DNA from: a virus
Taxonomy: Duplodnaviria > Caudoviricetes
IMG/VR virus record: IMGVR_UViG_3300009117_000021
Location: 1 to 32,621 of that record
Strand: one strand, 5' to 3'
DNA: 32,621 nt
Every line of letters begins with the position of its first letter. The first letter of the stretch is position 1. Below the pieces are notes generated by a model that saw nothing but the letters and a program-made list of their open reading frames with translations, was not told the origin of the DNA and did not search any database. Position numbers and translations under genes: made by a program. Below are positions 7,589 to 16,840 of this stretch, piece by piece.

Positions 7589-7969
7589 GTGAGACAAGCA
7601 AGATTTCAGGTTAAGGAAGAGATCGAAGAAAAGTTTCAGAAGCAGATTCAAGCTTTAAAAAAGTTTTCATGGGAAAAGTGTGGTTTAATGATTCGCCCAC
7701 CTAGAAGTCAGGAGGAGGTGTCAGACGAAGGGGAGGCATTGCGCCACGCTGTTGTATGGTATCTTGAAAAAATGTCAGAGGGAGCAACGGCTATTTTATT
7801 CATTCGTCGGGTTTCAGAGCCTGACAAGCCATTTTATACATTGGAATTAAATCCGAAAACCCTTAAGGTTGTGCAATGCCGTACGAAGCATAATGCAAGC
7901 TATGAAGAAAATCCTGAGGTAATGGATTTTGTTGAAACATGGGTGAAAGAAGTGGTTTGGAGAGTATAA
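7589..7969 (+). CDS. Stand-alone duplicate of the PcfJ C-terminal domain
   Basis: Shares EPDKPFYTLELNPKTLKVVQCRT with the upstream gene; HHCV is changed to RHAV. Confidence 0.8.
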   Translation: MRQARFQVKEEIEEKFQKQIQALKKFSWEKCGLMIRPPRSQEEVSDEGEALRHAVVWYLEKMSEGATAILFIRRVSEPDKPFYTLELNPKTLKVVQCRTKHNASYEENPEVMDFVETWVKEVVWRV

Positions 7970-7998
7970 AAAGCATAGCCACATAAGGAGGAATATAT

Positions 7999-9024
7999 AT
8001 GGATGAATTGACAATGGGAAGTCAGTGTGAATTGAATAATCGACCTATTGAGGTAATTACACAGGAAATACAGTTTTTTAAAGGACAAGCCACCATGGCG
8101 ATTATTGAAATCGGTCGCAGATTGGAGGAGGCAAAAATACGCATTCCTCATGGTCAATGGGGGGACTGGTTAAAAAATGAAGTCCAATTTTCGGAACGTA
8201 CTGCCCAGAACTTTATGAGAATAGCACGGGAATATCCAAATCCGCAGACAGTTGCGGTTTTGGGAAATTCCATGTCAAAGGCACTAGCTTTACTAACCCT
8301 TCCTTCAGAGGAAAGAGAAGGATTTCTTCAGGAAACCCATGTAATTGATGGGGAGGAAAAGACGGTTGCTGATATGAGCACCAGAGAAATGGAACGTCTT
8401 GTGAAGGAACTGGAAGCGGAGCGAAAAGCAAAGGGTGAGCTTCAGCTTCGTATTGATACATTAGAAATGGAAGCTGCCCAAGCAACCATAGAGGATACCC
8501 CTTCGGAAGAATTGCTTCAAGCGGAGGAAAAACAGCGGGAAGCAGAGGAAAAGGTGGCTGCCCTTCAGGCCGAGTTGGAAGCGGCACGTGGGGAGACTCA
8601 GCCGGCAATGGAAGATAGTGTTTTAGAACAGTTGCGTAAAGATGCAGAGGAAAAGGCACAGGAGAAGCTAAAAAAGAAAATACAAAAAGCTGAAAAAGAA
8701 GCTGAGAAGGCCAAAAAGGAAGCTGAGGAAGCCAAGAAAAAGCTTCAGGAACAGGAAGCCGCTATTTCCTCTAAGGTTTCCCAGGTTGAGAAGATGGCAG
8801 AACAAAAGGAGCTGGCTATACAGGATTTGCAGAAAAAACTTGCTATAGCCGGAGATTCTAAGATAGCTACTTTTAAGGTTCATTTTGAAGGGGTACAGGG
8901 ACAAATAAATAAAATGCTAGACTGCATTGAGGAATTAAACCAAGAGGATTCGGAAGGTGCTGGTAAGCTCAAGGCCGCACTGAAAAAATTATGCGAGGGT
9001 GTGTTGGAAGAGTTGGGGGAATAG
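7999..9024 (+). CDS. DUF3102-domain protein with long coiled coil
   Basis: IIEIGRRL.EAK...HGQWGDWL..EV.FSERTAQNFMRIA; E/K/A-rich coiled coil. Confidence 0.85.
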   Translation: MDELTMGSQCELNNRPIEVITQEIQFFKGQATMAIIEIGRRLEEAKIRIPHGQWGDWLKNEVQFSERTAQNFMRIAREYPNPQTVAVLGNSMSKALALLTLPSEEREGFLQETHVIDGEEKTVADMSTREMERLVKELEAERKAKGELQLRIDTLEMEAAQATIEDTPSEELLQAEEKQREAEEKVAALQAELEAARGETQPAMEDSVLEQLRKDAEEKAQEKLKKKIQKAEKEAEKAKKEAEEAKKKLQEQEAAISSKVSQVEKMAEQKELAIQDLQKKLAIAGDSKIATFKVHFEGVQGQINKMLDCIEELNQEDSEGAGKLKAALKKLCEGVLEELGE

Positions 9025-9035
9025 GGGGCTTTTTT

Positions 9036-9488
9036 ATGAGTGGCTTTTTAGATAGTCCATCCTTTAGGGTAAAGGAAAAAGAAGCAGACAAAAAAGAATA
9101 TACATGGGAAACCAGCAAAGCCCAGCATATTTGGGAACATGGTATTTTCGCAAGCATTGAAAAATGCGTTGAAGATTATTTAAAGAATTATGACAAAGAT
9201 TTCCCTCAACAAGAAGTGATTTATGTGGGGGAGTGTGAGAGATATACATTTTGTGTGAATGGCAGAAAAGTAATAGATGACCTTGAGGAGCAGGCTTTGT
9301 ATGAATGCGGAGAATGTGCAGAGAGCTGGGAACCGTCCTTATTTAAAACTAGTGAGAATTGGAATGAGTTAAATGGACAGTTGACAAAAGTTGTTACAGA
9401 CTGGCTTGAGAAACACTATGATATGCCGCACTTCTATTCGATAGTGAATGTTGTGGAAGTACCTGTCAAATTAGATTTAGAGGAATAA
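9036..9488 (+). CDS. Hypothetical protein
   Basis: ORF with RBS AGGGGG; ATG at 9036 is the likely start. Confidence 0.7.
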   Translation: MSGFLDSPSFRVKEKEADKKEYTWETSKAQHIWEHGIFASIEKCVEDYLKNYDKDFPQQEVIYVGECERYTFCVNGRKVIDDLEEQALYECGECAESWEPSLFKTSENWNELNGQLTKVVTDWLEKHYDMPHFYSIVNVVEVPVKLDLEE

Positions 9489-9517
9489 TTAGTATTTTCT
9501 AAGGAGGTGAATTTAGT

Positions 9518-9652
9518 ATGAGTAAATTTGATGTTTGCCCTTTTTGTGGCGCAACGTTAGACCATGGGGAAACCTGTGATTGTGTTTGTGGTATTAATAT
9601 AGAAGAAACGACACAGGCGTGTACGTGCCAAGCTGGTGAAAAAACAGAATAA
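9518..9652 (+). CDS. 44-aa Cys-rich Zn-ribbon protein
   Basis: MSKFDVCPFCGATLDHGETCDC...; RBS AAGGAGGTGA; not in the ORF track. Confidence 0.7.
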   Translation: MSKFDVCPFCGATLDHGETCDCVCGINIEETTQACTCQAGEKTE

Positions 9653-9664
9653 AAACAAATAAGC

Positions 9665-9693
9665 GCCCCTCTCTTGTGACAGCAAGAAAGGGG
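9665..9693 (-). terminator. Hairpin, probable minus-strand terminator
   Basis: GCCCCTCTCTTG-tgacag-CAAGAAAGGGGC preceded by an A-rich tract. Confidence 0.5.
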
Positions 9694-9707
9694 CAAGGTT
9701 TTAGAAT

Positions 9708-9822
9708 AAAAAAGAAAACCACCCTGCACTACTTTAACGGAGTAGGAACAAGGTGGAATTCACCGTGAAATATATCACTTACCATCTAATGTAAGTATAT
9801 AAAATTGCGGTGACAAAGTCAA
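9708..9822 (-). ncRNA. Putative counter-transcribed sRNA (about 80 nt) upstream of rep
   Basis: TTGACT-N17-TATACT (9822-9794), then GTGA/TCAC and CCACC/GGTGG stems and a U tract. Confidence 0.5.
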
Positions 9823-9830
9823 GGGAAAAT

Positions 9831-9871
9831 CGCCGGCGCATAGCGGCATAGCGGGCTTGTAATGGGTATTA
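9831..9871 (+). other. Candidate double-strand origin / nick site
   Basis: GC-rich GCATAGCG x2, then GGGCTTGTAATGGGTATTA, resembling CTTG-type nick sites, upstream of the HUH Rep. Confidence 0.35.
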
Positions 9872-9972
9872 TGATTCCTACGATTCCTTCGCACTAATCT
9901 ATAAATAGAAATAGAACGAGGGGGGGCACCCAAAAACACACCCGTTTCATTCTTTGGGAGAGGTGAAACAAA

Positions 9973-10821
9973 GTGCGTAATTTTGTAAGACAAAAAACAA
10001 TCGACTGTGGTGAAAGCTATCGGGAGATAGATATATATAATTATTCTATGACACAAAAAGAATATGCCAGAAGAAAGCGGTCAAAAAAAGAAAAGATTTC
10101 TTCACTCAAACAAAGGGACTTGAATGATAAAAATGCCAAGAGATATTTTACCCAGCTGGGCAATCTGAATTTTGGCGATGATAAAACGGCACTTCATACG
10201 GTACTTACATATAACGACGAAAATCTTCCGTCGACCATAGAGGAAGCGGAAAACATTGTTTCAAACTATCTGCGCAGAGTTAATTACAGGAGGATAAAAG
10301 AGGGTTTGCCTGCCTTGAAATATATTTTAGTCACTGCATACAGATTCGCAAAGGATGGCGAGACACCTGTCCGCATCCATCATCATATCATCATGAATGG
10401 TGGCCTTCCTCGTGAAATGGTGGAGGATATGTGGACAAATCAGCGTATCAATTGGAACCGCTATAAAAAAGACCAGGAGTACAGAAATAGTATTAAACAT
10501 ATTGGGTATGTAAATGCAGATAGATTACAGTCGGGTGACACAGGGATAACCCCTCTTTGTGTATACCTTGCATCACAGCCGGGAGGTAAAAAAAGATGGT
10601 CTTCATCAAGGAATTTGAAAAGACCGGAAGGGAGAAACAATGATACACGGTATAGCAAAAGGGAAGTGGAAAAGATTATACGTAATCAGGAAGGACGTGA
10701 GTTTTGGGAGAAGAAGTATCCGGGTTGGACACTGACGGATGATACTTATGGTAAGCAGTATGAGCATAACGAAATAACAGGATGGGCTATATATTTAAAG
10801 CTTCGGAGAATAAGGCAGTGA
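9973..10821 (+). CDS. HUH rolling-circle replication initiator-like protein
   Basis: Motif 1 VLTY, motif 2 RIHHHIIMNG, motif 3 YLASQ, then RWSSSRNL. Confidence 0.75.
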   Translation: MRNFVRQKTIDCGESYREIDIYNYSMTQKEYARRKRSKKEKISSLKQRDLNDKNAKRYFTQLGNLNFGDDKTALHTVLTYNDENLPSTIEEAENIVSNYLRRVNYRRIKEGLPALKYILVTAYRFAKDGETPVRIHHHIIMNGGLPREMVEDMWTNQRINWNRYKKDQEYRNSIKHIGYVNADRLQSGDTGITPLCVYLASQPGGKKRWSSSRNLKRPEGRNNDTRYSKREVEKIIRNQEGREFWEKKYPGWTLTDDTYGKQYEHNEITGWAIYLKLRRIRQ

Positions 10822-10840
10822 GAGGAAAGGGGTGCCAATT

Positions 10841-11014
10841 ATGGAACAGGAACATAGAAAACCGAATTGTGAGAAATGTTTGTGCCGCAGGTGTTTCAGC
10901 AATGAAGAGGGTACTTGTATGAACTGTGTGCGGTGTAAGGTAAACGGTGGAGCCAATAAGGTTTGGTGTTTGATGGATTGTAATTTCATTGGGAGGGATG
11001 AACTTGAAGCTTAA
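10841..11014 (+). CDS. Small Cys-rich protein
   Basis: CxxCxCxxC...CxxCxxC; RBS AAGGGGTG. Confidence 0.55.
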   Translation: MEQEHRKPNCEKCLCRRCFSNEEGTCMNCVRCKVNGGANKVWCLMDCNFIGRDELEA

Positions 11015-11459
11015 AACAAAATCCCATGAGCTGAAAATCATGCCCAAGTATTTTCGGTATGTGAAGTGGGGTATCAAGAAGTTTGAGCTACGAAAGAATG
11101 ACCGGGGGTATGAAGTTGGAGACTATGTGAAACTGCGTGAATACAACGGAGAATCTTATAGTGGAGAATTTCTTTGGATAAAAATCACTTATATTCTGGA
11201 TTTTGAAGAAGGTAAAGAATTTGGATTGTCCCCAGGTTATTGTATTTTAGGATTTAAAATTAAAAGAAGATGGAAAAATCATGAAATGGGGAGGATAAAA
11301 TGGCTTACAATCAGCAAGCAGCGAAGCGGCAGCACCAAAACGCAACGAATAACGCTCAAGGACATTTGTTTGAAAGTGCAATTCTGGCGGGGTGTAGTAC
11401 ATACAGAGAAGATGGTCGGGCAGAAATTAATAAAACGCCTGAGCCATTTCGGGTTTTGA
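10998..11459 (+). CDS. DUF3850 (ASCH/PUA-like) protein
   Basis: HELKI.PKYF..V..G.KKFELRKNDRGYEVGD; the C-terminal extension overlaps recU. Confidence 0.8.
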   Translation: MNLKLKTKSHELKIMPKYFRYVKWGIKKFELRKNDRGYEVGDYVKLREYNGESYSGEFLWIKITYILDFEEGKEFGLSPGYCILGFKIKRRWKNHEMGRIKWLTISKQRSGSTKTQRITLKDICLKVQFWRGVVHTEKMVGQKLIKRLSHFGF

Positions 11460-11830
11460 ATAAAGGTAATGATGGAATGTTCATGGGGAGATTTACGGCA
11501 CATGCCCAACCAGATTTTCAAGGAACCCTGGAGGATGGAAGGTCTATCGTATTTGAAGCAAAGACAACAACGACCGACCGTTTGAAGCGGGATGTATTAA
11601 CAGCAGAGCAGCAGAAAGCATTAGAAAGCCATATGAGTTTGGGAGCGGTAGCGGCGGTATGCGTTGGGCTTGAAGATAAGTTTTTCTTCATCCCTTGGAA
11701 GATCTGGCGGGATATGAAAGAGCATTATGGGCGTAAGTATGTCACTGCAAATGATGTTGAGGAATACCAGGTAAAGTTTAATGGTTCTGTTTTATTTTTA
11801 GACTATATCAGGAAGCCGAAAGGAGTATGA
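11300..11830 (+). CDS. recU: RecU-family Holliday junction resolvase
   Basis: G.LFE...KTPEP...PDFQG...FEAKTT...Q...L motifs. Confidence 0.8.
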   Translation: MAYNQQAAKRQHQNATNNAQGHLFESAILAGCSTYREDGRAEINKTPEPFRVLNKGNDGMFMGRFTAHAQPDFQGTLEDGRSIVFEAKTTTTDRLKRDVLTAEQQKALESHMSLGAVAAVCVGLEDKFFFIPWKIWRDMKEHYGRKYVTANDVEEYQVKFNGSVLFLDYIRKPKGV

Positions 11831-11834
11831 GAGT

Positions 11835-12056
11835 ATGGGCAGTGCAAATACAGAAGTTCAAGGGTATAGACCGCCAACGCCAAAATCAGCGAATGAGGTA
11901 AATAGATATTGTAAAATATTCAATTGTGATCGCAGGCATGGGAATATTTGCTGTACAGATTGTATTAATTTATCCTCATGCAAAAACCCATGTTTGAATA
12001 GGCCAGAAATATGTGGACAAGTGAAAGAGGAGGAGACCGCTGGTGAAGAAGGATAA
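11835..12056 (+). CDS. Small Cys-rich hypothetical protein
   Basis: CC..C....C..PC.N....C; RBS AAGGAG. Confidence 0.65.
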   Translation: MGSANTEVQGYRPPTPKSANEVNRYCKIFNCDRRHGNICCTDCINLSSCKNPCLNRPEICGQVKEEETAGEEG

Positions 12057-12495
12057 TATAAGGGATTATGCAACAGAGGCCTTTCGGTATTATGCGGCCT
12101 GTGGAAGGAAATCCTCAGTGGAGTGTATGCAGCAGGTAAAAGAACTGATATATGAGCAAACATCACGAGAAATCATTCGCACCGGAAGCGGGACACACTC
12201 CGATAGTACAGCGTATTTAGCTATGGCTGCGGATGACGCATCGTGTGAAATGGCTGCAGAGTTCTTGGATATTATGGCCGTGGAAAAAACGCTTATGCAA
12301 TTAAACGAGCATCAACGTGCAGCTATAGAAATTGTTTATTTTACAGATGCAAAGAAGGAGTTGCAAAAAGGAGAAATTAGTAAGCGAGTTCATAAGGCTG
12401 AGATGGAAATACCAGCCAGTGAACAAAGCATATATAACTGGTTAAGAAAAGCGAGAAAGATTTTTGCTTCGGAGAGGGGATTGCGTATTTCATAA
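12043..12495 (+). CDS. Probable late-gene transcriptional regulator (sigma region 4 / ArpU-RinA-like position)
   Basis: C-terminal HTH (SEQSIYNWLRKARKIFA); last gene before the packaging module. Confidence 0.65.
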   Translation: MKKDNIRDYATEAFRYYAACGRKSSVECMQQVKELIYEQTSREIIRTGSGTHSDSTAYLAMAADDASCEMAAEFLDIMAVEKTLMQLNEHQRAAIEIVYFTDAKKELQKGEISKRVHKAEMEIPASEQSIYNWLRKARKIFASERGLRIS

Positions 12496-12557
12496 ATTAA
12501 AAGTTTGTAGTAGTGGGGATTGCGAATTTCATAAATTAAAAGTTTGTAGTAGTGGGG
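12476..12557 (+). repeat. 39-bp tandem duplication
   Basis: ggggattgcg(t/a)atttcataaattaaaagtttgtagtagt x2, one mismatch. Confidence 0.9.
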
Positions 12558-12643
12558 GGTATTTATAATGTATTATGATAACATGTAAAAATTATTATAT
12601 ATAAACTTTTAGATGAGAATATTTGTTGAAAGGTGATGGGGAA

Positions 12644-13033
12644 ATGCTTAAGTCATGCAGATATTGCGGGGAAATACATGATTCAAAAGTAATTTGCCCC
12701 AAGAAGCCTATGAGAAAGAAATTTGAAACAGAGCAAAGTAATTTCCGTTCTACGAATGCTTGGACAAAGAAGAGCAAGCAAATTAAGGAGCGGGACGGAT
12801 ATTTATGTCAGATATGCCTAAGAAAGCGGTACGGCACGGAGCGGCAGTACAATTCACAATGCTTAGAGGTTCATCACATTGTCAAGATTAAAGATGATTA
12901 TAAACAGCGGCTTGAAGATTCTAATTTAATTACTTTATGTGAGCGTCACCATGGCATGGCTGATGCGGGTCAGATTCCAGCAAGGGAGTTGCAGGAGATT
13001 GCCATAGAGCAAGAGACAAGAGTAGCGGATTAG
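12644..13033 (+). CDS. HNH endonuclease (terminase-associated)
   Basis: RDGYLCQIC...EVHHI...NLITLCERHH. Confidence 0.92.
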   Translation: MLKSCRYCGEIHDSKVICPKKPMRKKFETEQSNFRSTNAWTKKSKQIKERDGYLCQICLRKRYGTERQYNSQCLEVHHIVKIKDDYKQRLEDSNLITLCERHHGMADAGQIPARELQEIAIEQETRVAD

Positions 13034-13163
13034 AGATGAAGTATAAGGGTACCCCCCAGGGGTTAAGGGTTGATAATCCGAAGTTAGGTAAGACCACAAG
13101 TCACCATCTACGCACAAAATATTCCCAAAATGAGATTCAAAAAAAGATTGGGGGTGGATTTCT
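13034..13163. other. Probable cos region
   Basis: HNH-terS intergenic gap with GGGTACCCCCCAGGGGT; position typical of cos phages. Confidence 0.4.
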
Positions 13164-13721
13164 ATGGGGAGGCCGGGAAAACCATATAAAGTTTTGGTGA
13201 GCGAAGGCAAGAGCCACCGAACGAAAACAGAGCTGGAAGCCCGTAAGAATGGGGAAGCTGCATTTGCCACCGGAGAGGAAATGAAGGTAAGACCGGAAGT
13301 CAAAGAGAATGTGGTGGCGTTTCAGGAATTTAAAAGAATCACAAAATTATTGAAAAAAATTAGTAAAAATGATGCCATTTATGAGGCAGTTATTAACCGT
13401 TATTGTCTCCTTTATGCCGAATGTTTGGACTTCGAACAGAAGCAAGACCGCTTTTTTCGGGACTTACACGAGCTGGAAGAGGATAAAAAGGAGCTAGTTG
13501 ATAGCGAAGAAATGTCATTATCGGCATATTACAGGCTGAAAAACCAGATTCAGAAAAATATTCTTGGTTTGGATAAGCAGGTGCAAAGCAAGAGAAAAAT
13601 GCTCTGCGACATTGAAAAAGAAAACATAATGACCATTGCCTCTGCCATCCGAAATATTCCGAAAAAAGAGGACAAGAATGAAGGGAATCCTTTGTTTGGG
13701 GTGGTGGGTCGTGGTGGTTAA
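13164..13721 (+). CDS. terS: Terminase small subunit (P27-like)
   Basis: MGRPGKP...HRTK.E, INRYC, E..MTIAS..R; position. Confidence 0.8.
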   Translation: MGRPGKPYKVLVSEGKSHRTKTELEARKNGEAAFATGEEMKVRPEVKENVVAFQEFKRITKLLKKISKNDAIYEAVINRYCLLYAECLDFEQKQDRFFRDLHELEEDKKELVDSEEMSLSAYYRLKNQIQKNILGLDKQVQSKRKMLCDIEKENIMTIASAIRNIPKKEDKNEGNPLFGVVGRGG

Positions 13722-15414
13722 AGACAGTAAGGCTTACATATATGCAAAATGGTGCGTCAAGAAAAATAACAAGAAGGCACCCTTGTATGTGAAAAAGCAA
13801 GCGGAGCAATGGATTAAAATTGCGGATGGGAAGTCGAAAGAGGCCTTTGTAGATGAAGCGGCATATGATTTGATTTGCCAATTATTAAAGTTGATGATGC
13901 ACCCAGACTTAGGCTGTACCATGTTTGACGGCATGGAGGATTATGCGTGGCTATTAATCGTGGCGGTACTTTGCACTAAGAAAAGGGACAAAGGTGGGGC
14001 AGACATTCGCTATTACACCACGGCGGTTTTGGAAATTTGTCGTAAGAACTTCAAAACGTTCTATTCCGCAGTTATTTTTATCTTGCTTTTGCTAACTGAA
14101 AAGCAGTTTTCAAGATTTTTTTCCGTGGCACCGGACTTAAAGCTTTCCAGTGAGTTAAAAATTGCAATCAGAAAAATTATAAAGTGTAGCCCAGCCTTGG
14201 CAGATGCCAAGGTTTTTAAAATTCTAAGGAGTGAGGTTCGCTGTATCCTAACGGAAAGTGAATACACTCCTTTGGCTTATTCTGAGGACAAAATGGATGG
14301 CAAGCTTGCCAATGCTTTTTTGGCCGATGAAGCGGGGGCAATGGACAGTTACCCCGTGGAAGCCATGCGTTCCTCCCAAATTACATTGATTAATAAGCTG
14401 GGTATTATCATCAGCACTCAATACCCCAACGACAACAATGTTTTGATTGATGAAATTGACATTTCAAAAAAGGTGCTGGATGGGCTTTTGGATGATAAGC
14501 GTCGGTTTTCTCTTTTGTATGAACCTGATCAGGAATACATGAAGGGGGACAGCTGGAAAACAGAGGATTTGGTAATATATCAGTCTAACCCCGTAGCGGT
14601 AAGTATAAAAAATGTTTTTGATAGTATCAAAACCATGCGTTCCTACGCTGTTCTGTACGAGAATAAGCGGGAAAATTACTTATGCAAGCACAACAACATC
14701 ATGTACAAGGGGCTTGGTGTTGAGGGGTATGTGGAAATCACCAAGGTAAAAGAGTGCTGTATTACCATTGACCGCAAATTTTGGAAGGGAAAAAAGGTGT
14801 TCCTTGGGCTTGACCTTTCCATGTCTGACGATAATACTTCTGTTGCCATGGTGACATATCACGAAGGAAAGATTTATGCCATGGTTTGGGGATTTATTCC
14901 AAGGGATAGGGTTGAATTCAAGGCGGAAAAGGAAAAAGTGGACTATAAGAAATTGATTAAGCAGGGAGTTTGTTTTGATTGTGGTGATGAGGTAATAGAT
15001 TATGGTTTTGTGGAGCGGTTTATCTTAGGACTGCCCGATGAATACGGCGTGGAGATTATACAGGTTGGCTATGACCAATATAACGCTATTTCCACGGTGC
15101 AGAAATTGGAAGGGGATGAAGAAAATCCTCTGGAATGTGTGCAGATCATTCAGCACAGCAAAACCTTACATGTGCCCACGAAGCTTTTAAGGGAGTATAT
15201 TTTAAGAAAGAATTTTTGTTACAGTGATAACCGTATGCTTGAAATCAACTTTCAAAATGCACGATGCACTGAGGACACTAATCTAAATAAATATGTGAAC
15301 AAAAAGAAATCGGCAGGTAAGGTTGATATGGTTGTCAGCTTAATTAATGCCGTTTTTTTATTGAATGTAAATGTGATTCTTGGCGAAAGTGGCTGGGGTG
15401 CAAATGTAATTTAG
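13714..15414 (+). CDS. terL: Terminase large subunit
   Basis: RKNFKT Walker A variant, FLADE Walker B, IIST, GLDLS..DD, KVD. Confidence 0.93.
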   Translation: MVKDSKAYIYAKWCVKKNNKKAPLYVKKQAEQWIKIADGKSKEAFVDEAAYDLICQLLKLMMHPDLGCTMFDGMEDYAWLLIVAVLCTKKRDKGGADIRYYTTAVLEICRKNFKTFYSAVIFILLLLTEKQFSRFFSVAPDLKLSSELKIAIRKIIKCSPALADAKVFKILRSEVRCILTESEYTPLAYSEDKMDGKLANAFLADEAGAMDSYPVEAMRSSQITLINKLGIIISTQYPNDNNVLIDEIDISKKVLDGLLDDKRRFSLLYEPDQEYMKGDSWKTEDLVIYQSNPVAVSIKNVFDSIKTMRSYAVLYENKRENYLCKHNNIMYKGLGVEGYVEITKVKECCITIDRKFWKGKKVFLGLDLSMSDDNTSVAMVTYHEGKIYAMVWGFIPRDRVEFKAEKEKVDYKKLIKQGVCFDCGDEVIDYGFVERFILGLPDEYGVEIIQVGYDQYNAISTVQKLEGDEENPLECVQIIQHSKTLHVPTKLLREYILRKNFCYSDNRMLEINFQNARCTEDTNLNKYVNKKKSAGKVDMVVSLINAVFLLNVNVILGESGWGANVI

Positions 15415-15425
15415 GGGGGACATAG

Positions 15426-15590
15426 ATGGTTTACAAGTGTTTGAATTGCACAAAAATTTATGGGTTAAAATTTGCAGGGGATGGCCGCAAATGTCCCTAT
15501 TGTGGTGGGTACGTTGTTCCCATTGGAAAAGTTCTAAGTCTGAAACAGATAAAAGAAATGAAAAACAAACGGGAGGATAAACAAAAATGA
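15426..15590 (+). CDS. 54-aa Zn-ribbon protein
   Basis: MVYKCLNC...KCPYCGG; RBS AGGGGG; ATGA overlap with portal; not in the ORF track. Confidence 0.65.
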   Translation: MVYKCLNCTKIYGLKFAGDGRKCPYCGGYVVPIGKVLSLKQIKEMKNKREDKQK

Positions 15591-16840
15591 GTTTGAAATG
15601 GTGGAAAAAGAAAGAAGAGGTTCGAGCAGATCCACCGCCAGCTCCTGCGGAAAAGACAGTGGAGCAGGTTATTCTTGAAATCTTGGGTTATACGGGAGGG
15701 GTAACAAAGAAAACGGCATTACAAATTCCAACTGTAGCGGGATGTATTGAAAAATTGGCCGGAACTGTGTGCCGCCTACCTATTCGGTTATACAAAAAAG
15801 AAAATGGCAAGGTGGAAGAGGTACTAGAAGATGCGAGGCTTAAACTGCTCAACGATGATACAGGGGATACGTTAAACAGCAGTGAGTTTTGGAGAGCTAT
15901 GCTTGAAGATTATTTCCTCGGAAAAGGTGGATTTGCGTATATAAATCGCATAAAAGGCGAATTTTCAAGCCTTCACTATGTAAGGGAAGAGGAAATATCC
16001 ATTGTGACGAACCTTGAACCGATTTTCAAAGATTATGACATTCTTGTGCTCGGAGAACGCTATTATCCCCATGATTTTTTAAAAATTAAGCGTAAAACCA
16101 AGGATGGAGCGGAGTCTATCCCGTTGTATAGGGAGCATGATTTAATTATGGGGGTAGCCTATGCTTCTTTGCTTTTTGAAGAAACCTTGGTAAAAAGAGG
16201 CGGGAACAAAAGGGGCTTCATTGAATCAGAAAGCAAGCTGGGAGAAGAGGCAATTAAGCAAATAAAGGAATCTTGGAAAAATCTTTACAGCAACAATACG
16301 GAAAATGTGGTGGTGCTGAATAAAGGGGTTAAATTCAATGAAAGCTCCAATACTTCAGTGGAAATGCAGTTAAATGAGAATAAAAAAAGCAACGCAGAGG
16401 AAATTTGCAAGATTTTTGGTTTCTCTGTGCGAATATTGAGTGGTGGAGCAACAGAGGAAGACAGAAAAGAATTTATTAATGCTGTGGTAAGGGTTTTGGG
16501 GGATATAGAGACAGCCCTTGATCGTGATTTGCTTTTGGAAAAAGAAAAGGGAACCTATTACTTTGCTTTTGATACCAAGGAAATTACAAGAGGCAGTATG
16601 AAAGAACGGTATCAGGCTTATGAGTCTGCCTTAAGGGAAAATTTTATGCAGTTGGATGAAGTTCGGGCTTTAGAGGATTTACCGCCACTCGGATTCAATT
16701 ATATTAAACTTGGTTTGAATGATGTGATTTTAGATCCCAAGACAGGAACGATTTATACACCAAATACGAAAACGTTTGCGAATTTAGAAGATATGGAGGT
16801 TACAGAAGGAATGAAGGGAGGTGGAAAGCATGAAGATTGA
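15587..16840 (+). CDS. Portal protein, HK97 family
   Basis: ALQIPTV.GC...LP, GGFAYI, EICKIFG, DEVRALEDLPP. Confidence 0.93.
   Translation: MSLKWWKKKEEVRADPPPAPAEKTVEQVILEILGYTGGVTKKTALQIPTVAGCIEKLAGTVCRLPIRLYKKENGKVEEVLEDARLKLLNDDTGDTLNSSEFWRAMLEDYFLGKGGFAYINRIKGEFSSLHYVREEEISIVTNLEPIFKDYDILVLGERYYPHDFLKIKRKTKDGAESIPLYREHDLIMGVAYASLLFEETLVKRGGNKRGFIESESKLGEEAIKQIKESWKNLYSNNTENVVVLNKGVKFNESSNTSVEMQLNENKKSNAEEICKIFGFSVRILSGGATEEDRKEFINAVVRVLGDIETALDRDLLLEKEKGTYYFAFDTKEITRGSMKERYQAYESALRENFMQLDEVRALEDLPPLGFNYIKLGLNDVILDPKTGTIYTPNTKTFANLEDMEVTEGMKGGGKHED

Noticed and set aside
7200-7969. PcfJ duplication as a DGR template/variable repeat pair
   Set aside because: Differences are not adenine-specific, many are synonymous, and there is no reverse transcriptase in the window.
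12476-12557. Repeat as a mini CRISPR array
   Set aside because: Units are directly adjacent with no spacer and there are no cas genes.
13636-13713. Long N-terminal extension of TerL in the ORF track
   Set aside because: It overlaps terS; the GTG near 13714 is the more plausible start.
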